Source: Anthoceros angustus (taxonomy: Eukaryota > Plantae > Anthocerotophyta). Taken from it: DNA of 64,000 bases. Shown piece after piece: positions 12,830 to 24,369 of this stretch. The translations under genes and the position numbers were made by a program. Within the stretch, counting starts at the first letter, position 1; each line of letters begins with the position of its first letter. Under the pieces are notes generated by a model that saw only the letters and a list, made by a program, of their open reading frames with translations, did not search any database and was not told the DNA's origin. The DNA lies in NCBI GenBank assembly GCA_010909165.1, contig MU008156.1:1-64000 (forward strand), given 5' to 3'.

Positions 12830-13900
12830 ATGATGGCCTCTACACCTATCATTAAATACATGAATGTGACTACTGAGTTCAAAGAAAAGGACAGATTCAA
12901 CGGCACCAAATTTGAGGTGTGGTTTAAGAGGATGAAATCAGCACTCAACACTTGCGACCTGCTCGGCATTGTTGATGGGTCCGTACCTAAGCCAACTGGC
13001 CCCTCTGTTGCCATCGACTCCTGGCTCAATCGAGATGGGCGATGCACGCGGTTAGACCTAGCCAGCGGTCACCCTCCACCATCACCGGCAGCGACCACAC
13101 AATGCCGGCAAGGGCTTGGCGCCAAATTACTAATATATATCAGTCCACAAACGTTATGACGTTGGTTACGGTACGGAATAAGTTATATTCTGTACGAATG
13201 AATACTAACGAAAGTATTACCTCCCACGTCAGCAAATTTTGATATCTTCGAGCACAACTTCGCCTGAGAACTCAGCATCGGGAGTTTGAGGCCTGTTCAG
13301 TCAGGCCTCCTTGCGCCAGCTATATTGTCTCCTCTCAAAGGGCACCGTCAAGTGAGGCACACGGTACATGCCGCCAGCAGGCCGCCTCCTAACATTCCAT
13401 CTCCGAAATTCGCAGGTGCGTCAAGGCTTCTAGGATTCTTTAATGTCGAGACCTCGAAGCATGGCGGCGAACGAGTTATGTTCGTCAACAAAGGTCTGCA
13501 GCGATAGCAGACTTGCCATCGACCTCCACAACTGACTCGACAACCGTCGACAGCCCCTTCCATCTCTCTGCAGTTCCCCGCCTCCAAGTCCTCAGCCCCT
13601 GCTCGCAAACAAGGAACATGCAACTTGTGCCAAATCCAAGGTCAATGGGAGTAGGACTACCACAAGAAGAAGGCTAGCAAGCCCAAGCATCATCCCAAGA
13701 CTGCCAACATTGCTTTATACAAGCCCAAGCAAAGCGACCTCGCTCTCACTATTTGCTTGGTTGCTTTTTGGTATAAAATGTCCTAGCACGACTCTGCAGC
13801 GCCTACGTATCTTACTTGGGAACATATATTCTCCTATCCATCCTGCGACTAAAACTATACAGTGGGTCCAAGCATGCTTTGGTGCTCGGCGATGTCCGGC
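12830..13900 (+). pseudogene. Ty1/Copia gag (-protease) remnant
   Basis: 'KDRFNGTKFEVWFKRMKSALNTCDLLGIVDGSVPKP' and 'RNKLYSVRMNTNESITSHVSKF' are Copia gag motifs. A degenerate CCHC lies near 13620 (TCNLCQIQG) and a DSAA protease-like word near 13790. Confidence 0.8.
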
Positions 13901-14394
13901 TCCCAGTGCGAGAAACCACGATAAACATCCTCCACCCTTATTTTGTCCTCATATAGCGTTAATAATTTTAACTAATTTATTTCTTCTCTAAAACATCTGA
14001 TTTTTTACAAGATGCTCTGAAATATATCACTTCTACATGAGATTAAAATTTAAAATTAAAATACTCTCAAAATATTCAAATGAAAGTCTAAATTTAGAGA
14101 CTACTTGGGAATGATTGTCTCACTCAGCAGCCTTGTCACACTATATTTCACGAAGTGGGCGAAACGAGTGTGGCGGGCACTGGGCCCTTACCCTACATTG
14201 TTTTGTAGCATGTTCTGAGATGAGCAAGCGAGATCGTCGGCGTTTAACTCAACAAATTTTGAGTTGTACAGCGCGCTACTTTGCCCGCGCCGATTTAGGG
14301 TTGCATACAGTATCTCTTCGAGAAGGTCCGCCACCACCTTGTATGAAGCAAATCTCGGCCTGAGGAGGCGAGAGAGGAGGTCATCTTGAGGTCT

Positions 14395-15140
14395 GGTAGT
14401 ATGTAGCATGAGAACTGGACAGTGTGGAGGCCTTGAGGTTAGGCCTAGATATGCGGCATGTTTGATAAATTTTTCTTTGAGGAGGCTTTGGGTGAGCTCC
14501 TGGTGGCATGTGGCGGGGAGTGGTGGGTCGAGGAGGTGGGGGGACACATTGAGTCTGGGTGGCAGAAATTGGCAAGGGGTGGTGGATTAAGGTGGCGTGG
14601 AAGTGGTGCGGTGGCGAAATTGTCCGATTGGGTTTAAGTGATCCTTGGTTCATTGTATTTCGCTAGCTATTGGTTCTTGATGGGCTTTCTTGGAAGCGGA
14701 CTCGTCGATTGGAGATCGTGTGTATCTTCTCGGAGAAGAGGTCACATACACTGCAAGTCTTTGCGAGGAAGGTTGACCTCACAGGCGGAGAGTGAAACTT
14801 ACCCTTGAGAGTCAGGCAGGGGGGGTATGTAGCATGAGAAGCCCAGAGACAGTTGTGGAGCCGCAGGGTTAGGCCTGCCCTAGATCTGCCCGGCATGTTT
14901 GATAAACTTTTCTTTTGGGTGACTCACATGGGTATATGGCAGTGGTGGGTTGAGGTGGTGGACTCGCATACTACGTGCGGGGTGGGCGACACAGGGCAAG
15001 AGTGGTGGATTGAGGTGGCGGCGAAGCAGCGATCCAAGGTGAGTGGCATAGCGTGTAGGTTTAGATCGATGGTCCTTGAAAAGCGGTTCATTGTATTTCG
15101 GGAAGAAGATGGTTCATTGATGGGCTTCATGGAAGTGCGG
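14395..15140 (-). repeat. Diverged tandem duplication of about 430 bp in an unidentified degenerate ORF
   Basis: gtatgtagcatgagaa...ggcatgtttgataaa at ~14399 and ~14825; ggttcattgtatttcg...gatgggctt at ~14648 and ~15085. Confidence 0.65.
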
Positions 15141-15949
15141 TGAGGAGGTATTAGCCTGATGGTGGCAGGCTGTACAGATTCTACCTTGTGGGATCAAGGC
15201 GTCATCGGCCCACTGTCGGTCGAGGAAAAATGCCTACACCATAGCAACGACGATCCGTGCTATGCAGCTTGCTGCAGTCGAAAGATCGATGTGCTTTTAG
15301 GACACGGTTGTGCCCGGATTCTCGTTCTTTTGGCAGCTTCGAGGCAAAATGCTTGAAGAAAGTTGGAGTCTAACACGAAGTAGCCGGTGGGGCCCGGTTT
15401 TGTTTAGGGTGCGGGTGCATGTAGCGTGCATGGCCTCGGTCACCATCATCGCCTCAGAGCCGGTGGTGCAAATGCGCAACGGCAGCGAGCGCGCGGGGCC
15501 AGGCCCAGGCTGGCCTGGCGAAGCATCTTCTAGGTAGTTGGTGTTCAAGAGTTGCAAGAAGGAACTAACCGAGACCGTTCTAAGCGCCCGGCAGCGTCGG
15601 ATTCCTGGCGGCAGGGAGGCGAGCGAGTGCAGAAGCCGTAGACGCGGCTCGCGGGCATCGATGGCCAAAGTGCATGGCATCTTTAGAATTGCTTACCCGC
15701 CCAACGAATGTTGAAATCTTTTCTCTCTCTTTGAGTTTTCACTTTCGCCTTGAGTTTTCACTTTCACGGTACATTTGCTTTTGTCTTGATTTGGATTCAT
15801 CTTTTCTAACTTTCTTCTCTGGCGTTGAAGGGTGTACACAGCGATTTGGATCTGCTCATCTTGAGAATAATACTTCTTTCTTTGTTCATTATACGGTCGG
15901 ATAGAAAGTTAATCATTTGAAAATTTCGTCAAGCGGGAATATTTGCGGG

Positions 15950-17602
15950 CAATGGTAAATGTCGGACATCGTACATATTAAATTTCCACTTGTAAATATG
16001 ATATACTAACCTCAAATAGTGCAAACAACTCCTTTTGATTCTTCGATAACTACAAACAAAACAAAGAGTTAATATTTTACCTCCATCTCAAGTCGAAGTA
16101 GATCCTGTTCGGTATATACCTTTCTCACTAATGTTAAGCAATGACTGTGAAGATTTCCCACGCTGCGGTAATGTGATTGCACGTTCTGCAAAGACACATC
16201 AACCTTAGAATTTGCATATTTACTAAATACCAATATTAGTATTTTGATTGTTTACTTACAGGAATTTTCATTGTGAACCAACCTTTTGAATGTTTTTCGT
16301 AGTTTCCGGATCTTCCATGAAGAGCAACAAGTCTGTGGTTTTTAGCTCCTTATTTTCAATGGCTCGATATTTCTACATTACCAAAACACAAATATTCATT
16401 AGTACTACATAAAGCTGATTCAAATAAACTATAAACAATATAAACCGATAACACTTACTTTTGGATCTCCATGTCTTTGCTCTAGGGTTGGTCGACCCAT
16501 CTTCATTGATTATGCTGGATCTTTGAGGCTATGTTCCCAAATGGGAACATATCTATTTTAAAATCTTGGAAGACTTGTGGATCTTGAAAGTTATCCATCC
16601 ATTTCAAGTCGACAAATTCCTTTTGATGGTCCATACGTTGGTGCATTATCTTGACTCGTCTTTTTCCTCTTTTTGTCCTTTTGAAAAATGTAATTAGTAA
16701 ATAATACTAGTTACAAATATACTAATTATTAATTACAAATATACAATAGCAATTACGATGAGATGGGTGTTGTTGATTTTGTCATCCATTGCTTCTATTT
16801 TTCCTTAATTTCCTTTGCGGCTACTTGTTATTGACACTCTAAACAAATACATTAGTACTATTATAAACAAATACATATAATCTGAGTGTTGTTGTTTACC
16901 TCAAAATCGTGAATTGAGATCGATGTCCATTAAACCTCGGACCCAGTCATTGTTTCCAACTCTAATTGGCATTGTTGGAGATTCTTCTTAATATCCTGTA
17001 ACCATATACAACCATAGTAAGTTGCAGATACCTATATTGTTGTTGTATAGTTCTAGAGAAAGTTGCAGAACCAAGTCTTTACCTTTTTAATTCTTTCCAG
17101 TTGGGCAGGCACCTGGCAAAGGAGCTGCAAGTCCTTTTTGTCCATTGATGTGAACATAGTGTGCTCCGTAAGTACTGTAACAAAGATAACAAGTTAGAAA
17201 TGTTGTCAGGAGATTCAATTCAGATAATTGTAATATACTACCTTTCTCAACTATCTTTCGTATCTCAATGAGAGGGATTTCGAACTTCAGCCTGTCATCA
17301 TATCCTGGATCCCCATGGGTGGGAACATGGTCGTTCGATCGCCAGCTGTTAAGGTTTGTTGGGTCTCTACTATTGTGGTCGCTTTCTGGAAAAACAGTCA
17401 TTTTAGCCATAGATTCATCAACCAGAAAATGGATTTGGCGGCTGTAGGCAGAAATGATCATTACCTTCTTGGATGTCGACCATTTCATCGTTGCTCTCAT
17501 TCTCGGATGCCATTCCGAAATAAAAGCATCGGTCAGGCCAACGTACACAAAACAACGGTCAAACTTGAACTTTTGGAAATATCTACGGAGTTCCTGCAGC
17601 AT
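15950..17602 (-). pseudogene. AT-rich multi-exon ORF remnant of unknown function
   Basis: 171-aa ORF at 17087-17602, then further minus-strand exon-like blocks (KYRAIENKELKTTDLLLFMEDPETTKNIQK) flanked by gtaagt...ag introns, with in-frame stops. Confidence 0.45.
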
Positions 17603-19077
17603 GCTCGATGCTGTTGCTAGAGCATGCTATGGGCCGCTGCTTGCAAAAAGCGCCGCATGTGGGACGTGCGGGAGGGGCGCATGTATACCGCTTGCGGATG
17701 CTATAGCCATGTGGTGATATCACGTAGTGATATCACCAAGATAGCATGCTTTTCACCACGAGAATCGTGGCAACGTTTTGCGATTTGCTTTCTTTTAAAT
17801 GCCTTATTCTTCATTGGCAGCTGTCATCGGTGTCGCATACCGCATACCTGTCAGCTAACGTGTTGGATCATGCGATGGTGCGGTACCTTGAGATCATGCG
17901 CATCGTCACTTCTACGAGGCGTCAAAACAAATTGATGCCTGACCCGCCTTTCCGTTATGGCAGTTCAAATTTCCTACAAAGGCGGGAAGAGAAATGTTAA
18001 GCGTGCCGGCATTGTGTGTCTCTTTTGAGTGCAAGGCGGGCGCCTTTTTCGCTGCGACACCGTCTTCTTTTGGAAGATGCTTCTTCTTTGCCGCCTACAC
18101 ACGGAGTAACTATTAGTTTACATCGAGGCTACGATCACAATGATGATTATGCACATCGAAATTACGCCGCCTTACTGGCTGGAGGGCAGGTTGCACCCGA
18201 TTAGCGTGAGCGTGACGTCGACCACTTATTCTTTTGGCAGAGGTTATTGTCAGGGCAGAACACCGATTGCCGCATACAGGATAAACACACACTTTCTGGA
18301 TATACTTTGCGCATACGGAGATGTCGCATACGCAAAAGATCATGAGAACAATAAACCTCTTGTCGTTAAACCGGGGTATCGGCAACCAAGAAAACTTTTA
18401 CGTGTCTATTCTAGCCTTCACGAGCAGGCAGCTTAATGAGTGGCGCTTTAAACACCTCTTAGCTTTTGCACGCCAGCGGATCGAGTTAATCTTATTGAAA
18501 AAGTAGCGACTATCTGACGGCAACCATTTTTCATATTTTGTGGTTTACGAAACAAATGGCCGTGAGCAGGCAGGATCAAAACATGCACACACACACTAGC
18601 GAGACGCATTGCCGTGATAAGTTCCGCCAAAGATATCTGAATACGCATACGGATACCGTATACACGCGCCAAAGATACGTACTGGGCGTAATACAAAAAC
18701 CTCCCCGGACCTGCAAAGCTAAATCGCGTCACGGCGGGAAGCTTTCCGTAATGCGATCTTACACCTTGTGACCGATAAGGCGGCTTGGTAGCGCACCTCT
18801 TTGCACACACACGGGGTATCGCGGAGATGGATCAAAACATGCAGACAAACTAGTAGATATCACTTTGGAGATGCGAGTTCACTCTGAGCGCATGACGAAC
18901 CCGGCGTTTGTTCCTAAGAAGGTTCGCACAAGATTAGATCGTGTACAGCCATTGCCGTGAGCGTAGCCGCGAACGGTGATATGTTCTGCAAAAACTAACT
19001 GCGAAGCGTCTGAAAAAACTTGATGATGGAGATGTCGTCATAAAATGCATTTTGTACCAGCGGTCTGTAGCGCATAG

Positions 19078-19650
19078 CTAGATGGGTCCATGTCTAAACC
19101 GCACTCTATCCTAACACACATCACTCACGCATACCCTAAGTGATACGAGTAATATCCTCGTCAAGCGGAGAGGTGAAAGCAAAATGGCAAAAACTTCGTT
19201 GGCGTCCTTCTCGGGCGATGCGTCAATTGACGTACAACAGCCCGGCTGGCTTATTTAGCGCCCTTGCAAGCACTCCCATAGACACCTTCTCATTCAGGCC
19301 TCACACTGCCTGCAGGCGGCATGTGCTGTCCTCGTCGCGAACAAACAATGACGTCACTTGTTCTCCGGATTACTGCCCTTTTAACCTCCTTCGGCGCCGT
19401 GATGTCCATGGTGACTTGGTAGGCGCGGTGCGTCCATAATCCGGCGGGGCTCGTGATTTGCCGTGATTACGGCTCGGCCTTCATGCTTGTTGTTGTCGCT
19501 CCGTTCATAGCGGAGATGGGTTTATGTGTTCCCATCATCCATGCCCATGCATATGAGCATATGTCATCAATGCCTATGAACATCTGCTCATGACGGACAC
19601 ACACCCATCGCATCCACAATCATCATCTGTCAACATCCTATGTGCCATGG
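19078..19650 (-). repeat. Composite repeat B'+A': copy of the 3' end (B) joined to a copy of the 5' end (A) of the adjacent DNMT retroelement
   Basis: 19078-19190 matches 19684-19805 (about 70 bp near-exact). 19195-19650 matches 27835-28286, including an identical run of more than 80 bp (cgctccgttcatagcgg...cctatgaacat). Confidence 0.85.
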
Positions 19651-19715
19651 CTTGTTGTCATGTAATAGCATCAGGTCATGGCACTAGATGGTCCATGTCT
19701 AAACCGCACTCTATC

Positions 19716-21070
19716 CTAACACACATCACTCACGCATACCCTAAGTGATACGGAAATGATAATATCCTCGTCCAAACAGCAGAGAGGGTGAAGCAAAAAT
19801 GGCCCCCGATCATTTTGTAGGTGGCACTTGGGCATGTTAAATACCGTAAAATCGCCGATAGAAACGTCGGAACATGCTATCACGCAGTTGAGGCTCTGAC
19901 GGTTTGTCGTGCTCAATCCCCCTGTGCTCAAAAGGGCTGCCACTCGCCGTTCCTCAGGGTCGAAATATTCATCCACTTGAGCTTTGCCTAACCGCTGCCT
20001 CTCCCTGGCACGATGTCGAGCCAGTATTTCTTCTTCTTCATCACTGTCCAGCTCCGTTTTGACCCTGGGAAGCTGGGGCCCGTTCAACCCGTTGACGTAG
20101 AATTGCTTCTCAATGCATTGAGCACGCAAGAAATCCCCCACGTTATTGTTAAGCAAATACCAACATTCAGACGTTGGTTCATCCCACTCCAGGATGCCGG
20201 TTGTAAGCACGCAAACAGCCTGTAAAATGCCCTGGGATAGCCAATGGCATATCGTCCCGCCTTCTCTCGATGGAAATGGCTGAGCCATACCTTCAAGCTG
20301 CGCACATCCGCTGGCTTCTCCTTCTGCCTGTACATTAAGAACCCTTCCTTGGGCCAGTGATCAAAGACCTGATGCATAAACAAGTGATGCTCCAGCTTAC
20401 GAAAAGCACCTTCACAATAACTTGTCCAAACAAAGCTCATACATTCATGCCCGTCTGCAAGTTCAAAGAGATCCTTATGGTCATATGGGAAGTTTTCAAC
20501 CGCACATGTCTCGTGGTGCGACTCCATGTACAGCAAGAAGGCACCTGCAACTCGGGAAGGTCTCGGTCGTTCGACTTGCCAGGGTTGATACTTAGACCGG
20601 CCAAGTGCGCCACTTGTCCTCCACGGTAGATTGTGGCACAACAGTGAGGCATCCTGCGAAAACATGTTTTGAGTGTGGTCGCCTCAAATCCATGTCGGCT
20701 AGTGGCTGCCGACACTAGGGTAGTGTGACCAGGGCCTTTGTCTTGGTCACTGGTAGGGCCAAGTTAGTCCCACAGGTGTTAAACACTCCCACCACCCTTG
20801 CTCAATTCTCAGCACTATGGTGACCAGCGCGGCCACAGTCACGAGAGGTACATGCGCCAAACTAATTATCTGACATGGCGGTGACCACGCGGTGGGTGAT
20901 TTGCCGTTGCGCAACATGGGCAGGAACCCCGCGATTCGCTTCTGCATCAATCTCGGGCTGACCAACCCTCTGGTGACATACATCTTTGGTGAGAGCTTAG
21001 CAATCAACCCGTCAGTCGGGAATTGTAACCGCTCAACCTCGCCGCCTGCGGGCCGGAGCCCTAACCTCAC
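19716..21070 (-). pseudogene. Additional sense-strand ORF at the 3' end of the DNMT retroelement, unknown function
   Basis: Overlapping ORF pieces 20747-21070, 20084-20665 (193 aa) and 19716-20288 (190 aa) read like one frameshifted globular protein. No recognised motif. Confidence 0.5.
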
Positions 21071-21360
21071 GCTTTCTTGCCCTTAGCATCTGCAGCTCTC
21101 AACTCTCACACACTTCGTCATAATCCACGTTTACCTCATGAGGCCGATTCTCCCTGCCTCCTAGGAGACTACATATCTGTTGATTCTGGCGCCCACTCCG
21201 AGTTCCTTAGCCGCTCCACGCCCTTCGGCGTCTGGTGCTGCACGCATGATGCAGGCGGGCTTTATGGCACCGTCTACCCTAAAATTCCCCTTTTAACCTG
21301 CAGCGGCTGCGCGCACGGTAGGCCGCTCATACAGCCCCCCAACCCCTGAGTTGCGAAAGA

Positions 21361-21500
21361 GCACATTGGTGACAGTACCACTCTCCATCCGGTATCACCG
21401 TGAGAGGAGGTCGCAGGCAAAATGTATGATATCCCCGATTGCATTTGTCACACAAAATCATGAGCTCCGGGTCCGTTATGTGACTACACAATTATGAGCA
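21361..21500 (-). other. PHD finger downstream of integrase
   Basis: Manual translation gives C-S-H-I-T-D-P-E-L-M-I-L-C-D-K-C-N-R-G-Y-H-T-F-C-L-R-P-P-L-T-V-I-P-D-G-E-W-Y-C-H-Q-C, the C4HC3 pattern. The first Cys is disrupted by an indel or stop. Confidence 0.92.
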
Positions 21501-21799
21501 AGTCAATTGGTGGCTTCACGCTTTGTGGCGAGTCCTCGTGTCCAAGTTTGGTAGGTGGCAAGGTGCCAAGTGGCGCATATGCTCTTCTGGCGTCGTCCGT
21601 CTGTCCTTCCAATTCGACAACCACCCTTTCACCTACATTTCACCACCGTAAAATTAAGCGCCCTTACACATCCAGTGTTCACGATGGGCCGGTCTTTGTA
21701 AGTACACAAAGTCCCCACGTCAAATTTCCTCGCCTTGGGTTTCCCAGGCCACCTCGCGTGAAGGCATACCGGAGTTGGTCCCGATGTTGAGCAATGGCC

Positions 21800-22870
21800 A
21801 AGTTGTCCATGGCCATTGGGATTACCCGTTGAAATAGTTTGGCACGGTTTTGCAACTCTGCGAAACACTCCTCTGGATTCTGTGCCCAATCCACTGGTTT
21901 GGAATAGGCATCTGCCACGATATTTGGCATGACAGCGTTTCGTCCAAACATGATGTAATGCAATTGAAGTTGAAGTGATCTGACTGCGCCATCCTATACC
22001 CCAATGCCATATGGCAACAACTCATCCAATGGTTTCAACTTTCACCATGCAATACTTCTTAGTCGTCCTTGAAAGTTTGCACTAGCCGTTCCTTGACCGT
22101 CGACGAGGATGGTCCGGGGCGTCTTGACGATGGTCTATCGAGCTCCGATCCAACAACGCTTGGAACTCCCATGAAACTCATTGCCTTGGTCCGTCACCTG
22201 CACAACTTCCATATCTGCTGAGAACACATTGCAAAAATGCGCGGGCTGTGTACTTGGAACTTCTGATCGGGAGAAAAGCCAACTCCACCCACTTTGAAAA
22301 ATGCTCTATCATCAACATGCAATGCTTGTTGCCTTGTCTGGTCAATGGTAGTTCAGGCATCAAGTCAACAGACCATCGGAAGAACAACCCCTTGATGGGC
22401 AGGGAATGTAGTATCACATCACGGTTAAACCTCGCCTTCCTTTGCAGCATCGCGCCACGCCACCACATTCCAGCAATACGACCAAAAGTATGTGTTTTCA
22501 ACATGTGATCGTTCTCTTGGCGCCAAAATGCCCCAACATCTTGTGCACTTTGGTCACTAACGATCTTCATCTCCCACGGGTGGCACCTCCTTGCTCACCC
22601 TCGATCAACCACATACACTTTACCGTCCTTATATGTATAGCGGCGATCGTCGTTGCGACACGGAGCGCCATTGCGTTCACCGACCATACCCATCCCTTGC
22701 CGGCATGGCTCGAGCTTCCATATGTCTCGGCCCCTTCGGCGGTGCTGTTCATTATGCATTTCCATGGCCATCAGCGCTAAATACCGGGCACATCGGCATG
22801 GATCCGAAGTCTTGTCTCGCCCGGATATCTTACGCCCCACATCGGGTTCCTCCCAGCCGGCATTGAGATG
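21800..22870 (-). pseudogene. DDE integrase (frameshifted)
   Basis: H-x-H/C-x-x-C zinc-binding remnants; FFRWSVDLMPELPLTRQGNKHCMLMIEHFSKWVEL; QHRDQLRYAFTRGG; C-terminal GPY/F-like region. Confidence 0.85.
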
Positions 22871-23378
22871 CACCTTTCACGATTTTGTTGCATGTCATAT
22901 TCGGATAGCAGGCCACAGCAAGCTTCCGCTTAGCTTCATGTTAGTCATCAGCCAGTGTAATGGCTGATGATCCGTGACAATTGGAAACTTATTGAAAATA
23001 GGTACACTCAATGCGGGCCGCCTGCAATGACAAGACACTCTCCTTCATAAGATGAATAGTTGGCCTCTGCGGTGTTGTTCGACGCTCCCGCTACCACCGC
23101 TCTTTCCCTTCCTCGTGCCTTGGGCAAGCACGGCCCCAATGCTCTTGCACTCAATCAGTGTCACAGACGAAGGGCACATCAAAGTTGGCCTCTTAAGCAT
23201 TGGCCTTTCCGGCTCTTTCAACTCTGCAGCTTGCTCCTCCTGCTCGGTGCCAATGAGTTTCCTTCTTGAGCAACTCATATAATGGCTTGCAGTCACGCTC
23301 ATGTTTACGATAAGCCGTGGCGTAATTCCAACCCAAGAATGCTCTCGGGCGGCTATATCCTTGATGCGGGCATGAAAC

Positions 23379-24251
23379 TCACCCTTGCACTTTGCGTGGC
23401 AGCACACCCCCTGGTACAATCTTATGCCCCAAGTACTCTATCTCCCTGTATGCGAACTTACATTTCTTGGGATGGGCCTTCAGTCCAGATTTGGCCAAGC
23501 GCTGCAACAACACTTCCAAGTGTTCAATGTGTTCCTCAAGATCATTGCTAAACACCAGAATGTCATCGATGTAGCATTTGACAAATGCTAGCCCTTGCAG
23601 TTCCAAATCAGCCACTCGTTGAAAATATATGGATGCGTTCTTTAGCCCGAACGGCATGGTCTCCCATTCCCATAGCTGCTCTTTGCCCCAAAACGCTGTC
23701 TTGCACTTGTCCTTCTCCTCAATCATGATCTGATTGAATCCAGATCGGAAATCGAGGGTGGTAAAGTACTTGGCCTCACCAATAGCGTCAAAGATCTCAT
23801 CGAGGTGGGCATGGGATCTTAGTTCCATGGGTGTTATTTCATTTAGAGCTCGGTAATCCCCACACATTCTTCTATCCTTCCATTCTCCATTCTCATCTTT
23901 CTTGAGTGGCAGCACGGTAGCTGCAGCATATTGCGAGTTCGACTTCCTGATCAGCCCAGCCGCAGCCAGCTCCTTGCACCGCTTGTCCACGATATCCCAC
24001 TCCACGGGACTCAGTTTATGTCTTCTGCGGAACACAGGCTCATCGGTGGTCGTGGTGATTTTGAACTTGATGCGATCATACCTCCCCAACTCGGCCCAAC
24101 TAAACGCGAAGGTCCCTCGATTTCTGAGTAACATGTCTCGGATCCTCTGCCGTTCCACGTTGTAAATCTTCACATATTTGCCAATCATCAACCGAGTTCT
24201 CATGGTTCCTTTCCTGTGGCGGGATAACGGAGGCTGCCGTGTTGGCGACAA
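23379..24251 (-). CDS. Reverse transcriptase domain (Gypsy type)
   Basis: RRMCGDYRALNEIT, YFTTLDFRSGFNQI, WETMPFGLKNA, FVKCYIDDILVFS, KCKFAYREIEYLGH. Confidence 0.95.
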   Translation of the reverse strand: MSPTRQPPLSRHRKGTMRTRLMIGKYVKIYNVERQRIRDMLLRNRGTFAFSWAELGRYDRIKFKITTTTDEPVFRRRHKLSPVEWDIVDKRCKELAAAGLIRKSNSQYAAATVLPLKKDENGEWKDRRMCGDYRALNEITPMELRSHAHLDEIFDAIGEAKYFTTLDFRSGFNQIMIEEKDKCKTAFWGKEQLWEWETMPFGLKNASIYFQRVADLELQGLAFVKCYIDDILVFSNDLEEHIEHLEVLLQRLAKSGLKAHPKKCKFAYREIEYLGHKIVPGGVLPRKVQG

Positions 24252-24369
24252 GCTCTTGCTTCTTAGGTGCGGATGAGTTCATCATTCCGTGACAAATCAG
24301 CAGATGCTTCTCGCCATTCTTTCGACCCATGGCTATTTGTATGGCCAAACGTAGTGACCTGCATACAAG

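Noticed and set aside
17500-17560. GIY-YIG nuclease from 'RCFVYVGLT'
   Set aside because: Only a half-motif; no upstream GIY-like strand or downstream Arg/Glu spacing could be matched.
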